Below are positions 27,240 to 37,986 of a DNA stretch of 64,000 nt, one piece after another. The position numbers were made by a program, and so were the translations under genes. Source of the stretch: Torpedo marmorata (lineage: Eukaryota); contig OZ360237.1 in assembly GCA_977017645.1 (NCBI GenBank), positions 72,726,001 through 72,790,000 on the forward strand, written 5' to 3'. The first letter of the stretch is position 1; each line of letters opens with the position of its first letter. The notes under the pieces were generated by a model, which was not told where the DNA came from, searched no databases, and saw only the letters and a list, made by a program, of their open reading frames with translations.

Positions 27240-27861
27240 CAGGTCCTTATCCATTTATCCAAAATCCTTGGGACTGGACACTTTGCGGAATTTGGATTTT
27301 TTTGGATTATAGAATTATTTTATCGGCGGTACTTTTAAATAATTGCGTTGCTTCATATTCGCGCAAAACAAAGACACACTCCAACTAGAAGGGTTTCTGG
27401 ACGGCGGCGTTGGATGGCGGGGGGTTGTGGTGGTGCTGGACAGGGGGTGTTCGCGGCGGCGCTGGACAGGGTGTTTGCAGTGGCGCTGGACGGGGTGTTC
27501 GAGGCGGCGCTGCACGGGGGTGTTCGCGGCGGCGCTGGACGGGGGTGTTCGCGGCGGCGCTGCACGGGGGTGTTCGCGGCGGTGTTGGACGGGGGGGGTT
27601 CGCGGCATCACTGGACGGGGGCGGGTTCACGGCGGCGCTGGACGGGGGGGTTGCAGCGGCGCTAGACGGGGGGGGGGCTGGTAAATGAAGTAAGATAAAG
27701 ATAGACCATAAAATTACTAGCATACTTTTTATTTTTAAGTAAAACATACAGTAAAACTTCAAACATTAACTGGCTCAAACTAAGCTAAACACCTGAAAAT
27801 ATACTGGAAAAAATGTTCGGTTTTCGGTTTTCGGAATTTCGGATAAAAGAATAAGCACCTG
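27240..27861. mobile_element. Non-autonomous pogo/Tigger-like MITE with TA TSD and internal G-rich minisatellite
   Basis: ta|CAGGTCCTTATCCATTTATCCAAAAT ... ATTTCGGATAAAAGAATAAGCACCTG|ta: imperfect TIRs with TA on both sides. Confidence 0.8.
27409..27680. repeat. ~25-bp CpG/G-rich minisatellite, ~10-11 copies
   Basis: Unit approximately gctggacgggggtgttcgcggcggc. Confidence 0.92.
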
Positions 27862-28842
27862 TATACCCAGATTGGCAGAAGTCCCCTTTAACAAAGTTGA
27901 ACATGATTATATTTATGTACTGTGAAGGGTTAAATAACATGCTGCACAGACAAAGTAGGTTTTCCTCTTTGAGGTCATGCATTAGGCTATTGTTTCCTTT
28001 GGCTAATAGCTATATAAGAAGCTATCTCCTGCTTTATTGCCAAGCACAAGTTTGATCTGGGGAAGCATTGCCTAACCGTAGGATGTATAAATGGCTCTCA
28101 ACAAAATTCAATCTCTGAGGAAAACCTTTAACTTCAACAATGTTTAATTAAAAGTGAAAATAATCTTCCTGTTCTCTTGTTAATATTGGAAACATTACTT
28201 TTTATTTATTATTCATGTTTAAAATTTGTTGATGTAGGGTACTGTCTGTGAAGTATTAATAAAAATAAACAAAGTAGAGAAATTTATCTTTGATCTCAAG
28301 CTTAAATGGATATGAAAGTGTGGGGTTGAATACAACCAGCATTAAATGCTCTTTTAGTGCTTTCAATCAAAGAGAAATTTCCCCTCCACAGGTGTCCCTG
28401 CTTTTCCTTCAGGCTATCCAAATGAATATTGCTTATTGCCTTAATGGGCAAAGGCAGTGGCTCCTTGAGTCAATTTGCTGAATTATCTGATGTTCGTTGG
28501 TGACCAAGTGGAGAGTAAAATTAACCACAGCTCCTATTCCTAGTGCAGGTGACCCTTACTGGAAAGTGCAAGTCCTCGGATGTTAGAAGGTGGTGCATCT
28601 GGGTGTAGTGCAGGATTTGATTTGGCACTGCACAGCTTTCCATTTTGGCCTATGCAGGAATAATGGCCAATTGGCAAAGGCACTGGAGCACTGCCAGTGT
28701 CTGAAAGCAAACAAAAGTGCCTCAGCATGCACGATTTTAAGAGGGGAAGGTAAAATGGCAGAAATTTATGTTTGGCAATGATGATAAATTTTATTGCACT
28801 GTTTTCAGATGTACTTTATTTTTTTTAAATGATTCCTCACAG

Positions 28843-28966
28843 TGAAGAAATCCCTCGGGATGATTGATGTGAACAGTGGAGCCTTGTCGAGGGCAAACAG
28901 CTACGGAGATGATCTTGACTTCATCGAGGGAGAGCCACCACTTACCCCTATCACACATATTTCGCA
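28843..28966 (+). CDS. KCNQ1: KCNQ1 coding exon (exon 11 equivalent): linker ending TPITHISQ
   Basis: Acceptor gattcctcacag|TG; 124 bp continues phase 1 as (V)[40 protein letters not shown](Q); donor CA|gtaagt. Compare human [25 protein letters not shown]. Confidence 0.93.
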
Positions 28967-31256
28967 GTAAGTCAGTGCATGCACTAACTTGGTGGGCATC
29001 GCTGTGGTTCTGGGGAGATCTTGGCAGTTGGTCAGTCTACTGCAAGGAATAGACCCTAAATTTTCTGGAATGACTCATCAGTGATGTTGTATTCAGCCTA
29101 TGGTATAACAGTACCTGGAAACTCTAGTAGGATTGAGTCATCATAACTTTACAGTAATTAGCCTGTTGCAAAATTTTTACCATAATAAATTACAGGTGGA
29201 TTGAAACACTTCACCATTTTGAAGCATCACATGGACTTTTGTTTCAGAAGCAACTCAGAATATGGTGGAACTGTGGTGTTTTTATGTTCTGAAATACTTG
29301 AGATTATCACGTAATCTGAGGTACGCAGGTAAGTTTGAGATGTTTCATAAAAGAGTTGAACATTTACCTTCCTGATTCTGCCTCCCAGGAACTCTACATT
29401 CCAGGAAAATGGGATAAATAAGGCACAACTAAAAGGAAATTTGGATGGGACCACATAACCCAAATGAACTATTCCCTACTTTTCATGTTAATTTGTACAT
29501 CTTTGAAAATCCTTTACAGATGAATGTACTCCCTGCCCAAATTCTTTACAAAAGCTGCACCCAAACAATCTAATGTACATGAGCAGGAACCCAAGAAAAT
29601 GTACCCTTTGTATTGTAGTACATCTCCTGATGGACTGAGATATATTGGGCATCACTAAACTTAACACTCTCAGCAGAAAGCTGATTGAATTCTATTTTGC
29701 ATTCTATTGACTGCATTTGGAGTGTACAATGTATCCAGTATGGTCTGATCAGATTCTAGTCCTGTAGACAGAATAGGCAGTCTCTGTCAAACTCGAATCA
29801 ATATGATGTTTCCTATTATCTGTTGTTTCTTTGTTGTTAATTATTAACAACCATTGCAATTCTTGTGGCTTTGTGATGATTTTTAATCCAGAAGTATCAC
29901 GCTGGGCCTGAGCTGAAATCAAAGCTGTCAGTACAGATGGAAAGTTTGGACACTGGCAATAGTGGAATTTTAAATCATCTTATTTTGTATATCTGTCAAA
30001 TTTAATGAACATAATGCTCTATGGTCTGGTCCAAAGGTCACTTGTGCATCAGGATAGTGTGGGGAAATCTGGGTAAACTGTTTTATCTGGTGGGACACCA
30101 TGGCTTCTCCTTCACTCCTTTACTTTGGTTCTTGGCAAGAACATGACCACAGATCAACCACAAATGTGTTTTACAGCTTTCAACTGAAATTTAGAATGTG
30201 AACTTTCCATTCAAGGGGCCAAGCATAAATTTAAGGGCTGGAGTGTTCTCTAAAATAGTCAAAATGACTAAGTTTTTCCTTGTTGTCAGCGCTTGTTCTC
30301 TCTCTCTCTCTCTCAGCCATGGCTCCTCACATCTTCTATCCAGGTGTTTTTGTCTGCAACTTTTTATTGTCATACAGCTAGGCTGTTGCTGTGTAGCTGG
30401 TTCAGGCGTCATCAGGTCTGCAGTGAGTGTTTCGTTAATCTGGAAAGCTAGCTTCGAGCTGAACTTTCTCCCTGAAGCTTTTCTGAATTTCATATTCATT
30501 TGACAATTAATTGATTCCAGGAGCAAAAGATTAAGTGATGTATTGAGTTTCCAAACATTTTCCCTTTGTATGAAAATGGCCAGAATGTTACCAGTGACAC
30601 ATAACCTGGTTTGGGTCTTTCACATACGAATTGGATTATTTTATTAATGCACCTCTTCAACGTTCAAAGAGGGGAATACAAGACTCATGTAACCTTATCA
30701 GGGTATTGGTGAGCGATTATAGCATTTAAACAAAGTATCAAACAATCCGCCATTGAACAAAGAAAATGGAAAATTATGTTTAAGAGACTGGTGCCTTGAG
30801 TATCATAAGTTAGTGTAATGTTCCATTATTGCTGATGGCCATTCATCTGAGAAGTGGAGAATGGCTATGTATCAAATTGAGACTGGTAAATGAGCGATAC
30901 ATCTCATTAAAGCAGTCTTTAACATTTGGGTTGTGGTTCAACTTCACTTGACGAGATAGGAAGCAATTAACTTTTCCCACTTGACTCTTGTATGAAGATA
31001 TAGCTTCCATCAGCTTGTCATGCAAAATCATTGCCACAGCATTAAAAATCACATCACAGATGTGTTTGAGTGAGTGTGGAAAGGGCTCTTTAAAGAGGAG
31101 CCCCGAGTAAAGAATGAGCGAAATTGGGCAATTTTACTGTGGCGATTCAGCAAAAGGTTGTTTCCACAGATTGAAAGACAAAGAAAAAAAATTATGCATG
31201 AGAAAAAACTCGTGTTGTTAGACTGTAAAATAATATGGCAAACATCATCAAGTGAT

Positions 31257-31504
31257 GGGCGGCACAGTTGGCATAGCGGTTAGCGCAACGCCTTTACAGC
31301 GCCAGTGATCGGGTCCATGGTTTGAATCCCGCGCTGTCTGTAAGGAGTTTGTACGTTCTCCCCGTGTCTGCGTGGGTTTTCCCCAGGTGCTCCAGTTTTC
31401 TCCCACCGTTCGAAATGTACCAGGGGTGTAGGTTAATTGGGTATAAATTGGGCGGCATGGACTCGTGGGCCGAAATGGCCTGTTACCGTGCTGTATGTCT
31501 AAAA
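31257..31504 (+). mobile_element. Full-length V-SINE (HE1-like)
   Basis: gggcggcac start, A box tggcatagcgg, B box gtttgaatcc, V-domain and CR1-like tail ending gctgtatgtctaaaa. Confidence 0.9.
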
Positions 31505-31974
31505 TAATTTTTTTTATTAAAATTTAAATTTAAGCATTTTTAAAAATTAATGAGATTCAATTTTATTTAAGAGGGAATTAATTAAAATGTGAAAAGAAAC
31601 AATATAAGTTCTTTGTTGAAGAGCAAAATTGTGTTATACGGTGAACAATAACATCAGCCTTGAAAAGGTTCCTTTTGCACAGTAATTTCTATAATGCTAC
31701 AAAGAATCCTTTAATAATTCTGAGCCCAGGTTATAATTGTGGAGCTGGTAGGAGAAAAACGTTTCCTTCTACCAAACACATTGTCCTTTATGAATTCCAT
31801 AGCTCCCATTAGGTCGGTCTATGTTGGCCCAATTTCAATGTGTAGCCCACTTCCAGCATCATCTGAAAATGCTCCTCACTTTTTTGTTCACTGTCAATTC
31901 ACTTGATGCCTCTACTGTCTCTAAGCTGTCAAAGTATTTGTTTGATAAACAATTATGCAAGATTCTTGTTTCGG

Positions 31975-32225
31975 CACCACCAACCAGATTCTCAATCTCC
32001 ATCTTATAGTCTGACCTATTATTTCCAGTTATTCGACCAACAACTCTGGTGTCATCAGCGAATTTGTAGATTGGGTTGGAACTGAATTTGGCTATGCAGT
32101 CATGGGTGTTCAAGGAATGACGGAGGGGACTAAGCATGCAACTTGGCGTGACCCTCTGTTGATGGTCAGAGAGGAAGAGGTGATACTGCTGGTCCGCAAT
32201 GAGAAAGTCAAGGATCCAACTGCAG
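31975..32225 (-). mobile_element. Rex1-clade RT fragment
   Basis: ORF 31859-32137 [36 protein letters not shown]. Confidence 0.8.
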
Positions 32226-32459
32226 AAGCTCCTGCAATGTTCTTTACTCTATTAACAGGTGCAGTGAAAAAATGCACAAGAATTCACACAAGAAGAAAGG
32301 AGCAGAAGAAGGACACGTGGCCCCTCAATCTTGCCCTTATATTGATTGTCATCATGGCTGACTTGGTCCAAGATTCTTCCAAGCCAATTCCACAGACCTT
32401 AATTCACTAATCTTTTAAAAATGTATCTAGTTCGACTTTAAGATTACCATTACTTTTTT

Positions 32460-32716
32460 TTTTAGACATACCGCACATACAGCGTGGTAACAGGCCATTT
32501 CGGCGCACGAGTCCATACCGCCCAAATTACACCCAATTAACCTACACCCCCGGTATGTTTTGAAGGGTGGGAGGAAACCGGAGCCCCTGGGGAAAACCCA
32601 CGCAGACACGGGGAGAACGTACAAACTCCTTACAGACAGGACGGGAATCAAACCCCAGTCCCGATCGCTGGCGCTGTAAAGGCGTTGCGCTAACCACTAC
32701 GCCAACTGTGCCGCCC
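32460..32716 (-). mobile_element. Full-length V-SINE inserted in a decayed CR1 fragment (~32270-33030)
   Basis: Reverse complement of the 31257 SINE. The flanks resemble CR1 3' sequence (ORF 32930-33115 LVSLVKKGYISQGGNPEEIH is an off-frame remnant). Confidence 0.85.
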
Positions 32717-33294
32717 ACTGTGAGAAAAATGTTCCTACATGTCTCAGTTTTAAGTGAATGCTCCCCTGTTTTGTAAATGTATCCCTTTATTCAAGACTTT
32801 ACCATTACAGAAACATCTCAGCATCTTTCTTGCCATGCCATCTTATGATCTTGTATGGTTCAAAGAGATCATCCCTGATTCTTCGAAATTACCTCAAATA
32901 TAGGGTCCAATTGTATTCATTTATTTTGTTCATGTGAGGATTGCCCCCTCATCCTTGGAATTAACCAAGTGAATCTCTTCTGGATTGCCTCCCTGGCTAA
33001 TATATCCTTTCTTAACTAAGGAAACCAAAACACAATGGGTCAAAACCTTACAAAATGGAAGTTGTTGTATTGATTCAATTTGCCTTGAGGTTTGCAGTTC
33101 ATATTGTACCTTCATATAGAAACAAAGTCCAACAAGAAGTTGGACCTGTTAAACTTGGCATCTCCACGGGAGTCAGAGGGCACACAACAGAATTATGGAT
33201 TATTTACGGATATGTGTATTATTGCCTTGATACTGGTGAGATGTTGCTGTTGGTTAAGAGTGAAATTGAAATGTTACCATTTTACCATTAATTA

Positions 33295-33907
33295 CACTGG
33301 ACAATGAAGATTTTACTTCCTGAACACTTTTTGGGTGTATTTTATGGATTTTGGGCTGCTGATCACGAAAATCACCTTAAAATTTTCCTATCACGTCCTG
33401 TTGTTTTTTAGATATAACCTATTTTTGTGATTTCCTGTCATATTTTTAACATGCTTCAAGTATTGAAAACCAGAAGTGCAACATGTCATTGAAAATTCAT
33501 TTTCTGCATTCGCACTTGGACTTCTTCCCTGCTGATCTTGGTGCAGTCAGTGATGAACATGGTGAAATGTTTCACCAGGACATTGCGACCATAGAAAAGC
33601 GGTATCAGGGCAACTGGAATCTATCAATGCTGGCCGACTATTGTTGAACACTGACTCGAGAGGCATCAGGTGATGAGTACAAACGAAAATCAGCGGCAAA
33701 ACATTTTTAGGTCAGTTGAACTAATGCAATGTGTCAGCATCATTATGTGATTAAACACACTAAATTCAATAAAAGTTAATGTTTCTTCAACTTTCTATAT
33801 GATACAGCAAATCTGAAATTATTTTTGTGTTCAGCTTGAAGTTGTCTATCATAATCCCCAATTTTTTTCAGGAAGCAAACTTTTTGAAAAAAAATTGTTG
33901 TCCAGTG
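33295..33907 (+). mobile_element. Chapaev3-type (CMC superfamily) DNA transposon, internally deleted
   Basis: TIRs CACTGGACAA / TTGTCCAGTG with TTA on both sides (33292-33294, 33908-33910). 33474-33710 encodes KCNMSLKIHFLHSHLDFFPADLGAVSDEHGEMFHQDIATIEKRYQGNWNLSMLADYC*TL, the Chapaev transposase C-terminal motif, with one stop. Confidence 0.88.
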
Positions 33908-34629
33908 TTATCAGTTCCATTTCAGAGAGTTTTCATGAGTGACTGATGGAAGCAAAGTTCATCTTACCTGGAGTATTCCATCAAAGGTTCACTCATCTTT
34001 GCATTTACCAGTTCTCTTCCCAGCCCTACACCTGCTCAAGGATGCCCTTGAAGTTATTACTACAACAGCTGCTGGCCATGCACATAAATGCTCCACTATA
34101 GGAGACCCAGCCCCTACTGGGTAACTTGTCTGTTAATGGAGCCACTAAATTTCCATACTCCGGTGTGAGTCAGAGAACTGGATGGCACTGCGTGGGAAAG
34201 GAAACATGTAAAGAAACAGCCCTGTTTCTCCCAAAAGAAATGCCTTTGATGTCAGTCTGAATCTATTCAGCTCCCGACCAGAAGAATGAATCAATGGGAA
34301 ACCACAGTGACTTGCCCCTTCTCAAAAAAGAAGCAAAATATAAGAAGAAAATGATTGGAATAATATGATCTTTTCAAAGGGGATTAGACACTATTTATAA
34401 CTTTAAGACAGTCCATTTAAAAGTAAAAATAAACGGACTCAGAAGCTATTTAACTAGTAAAATAAACTGTGAATCAGAAGCTTTTTGATGGCAGCCTTTA
34501 ACCAATAATTATGTTTAGTGATATTTTCCATGTTTGGAGACTTGTATGGTGGAATGTTAAAAGTAGCATGTTGAATATTGCTTGTTCTGCAGAAAAGGCT
34601 TTGACTAAATTTAGAAGGGAAGCATATTT

Positions 34630-34633
<4 letters not shown>

Positions 34634-34669
<36 letters not shown>
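34634..34669. repeat. (AC)n microsatellite
   Basis: Pure AC run. Confidence 0.97.
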
Positions 34670-34670
<1 letters not shown>

Positions 34671-35889
34671 ATAGAACCAATCCAAAATGTTAAATTTTTT
34701 AACTAAATGGAATTTAAAGCATCTCTTTGGAGGCTAATTTTGTTGGCATGCGATCAGTCAATTTATTTGTGAACAAAAGAATTCTTCACTCAAAAAGTTG
34801 ACATTCCTCATCAGGGAATCTTCAGAGGGAAAATTGAAGCAAGCTCATGCCCATCTATTTTGCCTTCAAAGAATCTTCAAAGAATATGCTTAAAAGACAT
34901 TTAATTTTTAACAGTTGGATGCAATTTACCAGTAATGAAAGCTGATGACATCATGTCTATGACATTGTATTCAATCCCAATTGACAAGCATTCGTTAAGA
35001 GCACATGCATATTCTAACCAAGCTTCTGCAGCAGTAAAACCAATTGATGTTGAATCAGCAGTTTGCAGTCAAAGCTTAATTCCATCGTTGTCCTTTTTTA
35101 AGATTGCTGGAATGCCTGGTTTAATTTTTCTCTTGATGTTGAAGCTTATTTCTTTTCAGAGCAATAAAGGCAATGAAAAATGATTCATGAATTTACTTTT
35201 AGAAATTAAATCGTTAGATCCACAAACGGATCTGTTCACTGCTCCAGGCAATCAAATTCTGAACCTGTTTTCTCCTCTAATCTCAAAGCACATTGGCTTA
35301 ACTTTATTAATAATATAATGCTGGAGTATTCCTCCATAAATAATGTTTTTGTAGTTTTTGTAATTGTTCAGTGACAAAGCTGCTTTTGTTAGTCTCATTC
35401 TGTGAAATTCTAGCCAAGTTTCCAATTTACTTTCAAAGTGCAAGAGTTTTGAATCTGATGATGAAAATAGATCTATAAAAATCTTGCAGATGAATTGTGA
35501 TTTACAAAAGCCTCCCCTGCCATGAAATATCTCTTCCCTACTACACTCATTACTTCTCGTTGACTTATGGAAAGACTCACCATCTCTTACACTGAGATTG
35601 CATACAGAGAAAAAGAGGCAAGAATGTGACACAACCAATTCCCAATCACTGGTGTTTGTTAGGAAATGGACCTTTCCACTCTTGACTGGTCTAGTTAACT
35701 GGTCCAAGCAGGACGTGGAGCCCAAGTGATGCGGTTGAATTTTAATGTCCATGGTATGAGGAAATATATAGGGACTTGACATGTTGTGCACATGACAAGC
35801 CAAAAAAATACACTTTTTTTCTTAAAACCATTCTAAAACTCATCAAATTTGCTATGGAACTATGATATTTTCAATAGATTGTATTTGGA

Positions 35890-36036
35890 TTCTCTCCCAC
35901 TCCCTCTCTCTCTCTCTCTCTCCCTCTCCCTCCCCCTTCTCTTTCTGTCCTCTCTCTCTATCTACCCCCACTTTCTCCTTCTCCCACCCTCTTCTCTTTC
36001 CTTCTCCCCCTCTCTCTCCCATCTTGCTCTCTCTTT
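35890..36036. repeat. Polypyrimidine / (CT)n-rich tract
   Basis: ~145 bp that is almost entirely C/T on the + strand. Confidence 0.9.
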
Positions 36037-36907
36037 GGTTGAATGCAACCAATTACTTACATAAATATTTTTTAAAAATAGAAAATGCTGGAAACACATA
36101 TTGGGTGTTATCTCTGGAGAGGAATGCACAAGTTAATTTTTCATGTCAATGAGCATTTCATCACGTTCAGTAAACAGATCATCAACCTGAAACATAAGCT
36201 CTGTTTCTCTCTCCACAGATGCCAGCTGATAATTTCCAGCATTTTTGGGTTTTATTTCATATCTCTGGCATCTGCAGTAGTTTGCTTTTGCACAAATACC
36301 CACACAAATTGGTTAGATGACAGCATGTAAAGTGAAGATCAAATAGTGCCCTTGATTGACAACATCAGTCAGGGACAATCAAGGTATTGATAGGCTAATA
36401 TAAAGGAGGGAGTCGCCCACTCCAAAACAAAGCAGTTAATTGATTGGATGTGAATTTAATGAAAGATGATCTAAACTGCATTTTATTTTCTCTCTGCTTC
36501 TTATAAACCAAAGCATGTCCAATTCATAAACAAAATTCAGTTAATCATTAGTATTGTATAAAACCTAATGAAATGTGGTCAGGGCATCTGCAGATCCAGG
36601 GCAGGACTCAATCAATAATTCGAAGAAATAATTTTGAGAGAAAAATAATGATGTATGTGGGAGGAAAGAGGGTGTTTTATTTGATGTTTTGTTTTATTAT
36701 CAGGCTGGAGAGTACATCCCTGTCCCAAATGAGCATGTAATATTTGCTGTGGCTGTTTCTATGAACTGACAGGATCCGGGAATAGGAAATGACAAATTCA
36801 TCATTTGCTATTTCATTAAGACGCCGTCAGATAGTGACACCATGGCCCAGAGAATGTATTTAATTGGACACATAGATTAAATTTAATTGTAATCAGATCA
36901 CTGCAAT

Positions 36908-37790
36908 TTCCGGCACTTACTACAGGATCCCACCACCAGACACATTGTTCCTTCTCCTCCCCTCTCGGCCTTCCACAGGGACCACTTCCTCCGTGATTCC
37001 CTTGTGCACACATCCCTCCCCACCTATCGTCCCCCCGGCACCTTCCCCTGTGGCCGCAGGAGGTGTAACACTTGCGTCCACACCTCCTCCCTCACCATGG
37101 TCCGGGCCCCAAATAGGCCTTTCAAGTGAAACAACACTTCACTTGCATATCCACAGGACTTATTTACTGCATCCAGTGCTCCCTTTGTGGCGTTCTCTAC
37201 ATCAGAGAGACCGGTTGCAGATTGGAAGATCGCTTCACTGAGCAGCTCTTCTCCGTCTGCAACAACAGCGACCTCCCAGTAGCCAACCATTTCAATTCTG
37301 AGTCACACTCCCAGACTCACATGTCTGTCCATGGCCTTATGTACTATTCCACCCTGACCACCCGCAGAATGGAGGAACAACACCTTATTTTCCATCTGGG
37401 CACTCTCCAGCCAGATGGCATTAACATTGACTTCTCTGTTTTCTGCTAAACTTGCAGGCCTTTTCTTTCTCCTCCCCCTTTCCTGTCTTTCCAGTTCTCC
37501 TCTCCCTTCCCACTTACCCACAAAGCCATCCCTCCTCCCCCTCATTGTTGCTGATCCCTCCCTCCTTTCTCCACCTATCATCTCCTGCCTTTCCCACCCC
37601 CCTCCGCCCTACCTTTTTGTTCGGACGCCTGCCGGCATTATCTCATACCTTGATGAAGGGCTCAAGCCCGAAACGTCGGTTATGTATTTTTACCTTTCCT
37701 ACATAAAGGACACTGTTTGACCTGCTGAGATTCTCCAGCATTTTGTGTTTTTACTTCAACCACGGTGTCTACAGATTTTCGTGATTTACT
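36908..37790 (+). mobile_element. Penelope-like element, 5'-truncated (GIY-YIG end plus terminal repeat) with 8-bp TSD
   Basis: ORF 37126-37449 HFTCISTGLIYCIQCSLCGVLYIRETGCRL...EEQHLIFHLGTLQPDGINIDFS; TSD actgcaat at 36900-36907 and 37791-37798. Confidence 0.92.
37644..37684 (+). ncRNA. Minimal type I hammerhead ribozyme motif in a PLE terminus (U3 variant core)
   Basis: cauACC-UUGAUGA-A-GGGC-ucaa-GCCC-GAAA-CGUC-GGUuaug: stem I, core, stem II, GAAA, palindromic ACGU and a GUC triplet with predicted cleavage after 37677. Activity not shown. Confidence 0.7.
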
Positions 37791-37986
37791 ACTGCAATGC
37801 TCTTATAAGGCACCATTGGAACAGCACATGGGGCTGCGACTTTATCAGGTTACCTGTTCCAACAATAATTTTGTTTCATCTGGTTAGTGGGTGAGAAAGC
37901 CCTGGGTTACAAGTTCTAATGGCAACTAAGGAAGAAAAATCTAAACTCATAATGCTAAAAGCAATTTTCTGGAAACACTCCTAATG

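Noticed and set aside
25440-27680. CpG-rich region as an orthologue of the imprinting centre KvDMR1 / KCNQ1OT1 promoter
   Set aside because: The CpG density comes from two MITE-borne arrays. As I recall the human locus, KvDMR1 lies in the intron after the TPITHISQ exon, whereas this region is before it. Imprinting of this locus is known from therian mammals.
31257-31340. tRNA genes in SINE heads
   Set aside because: The A/B boxes run straight into the V-domain and CR1-like tail, so these are SINEs.
35252-35803. 183-aa minus-strand ORF as a nested gene
   Set aside because: No recognisable domain, splice structure or codon signal; kept only as part of a candidate non-coding block.
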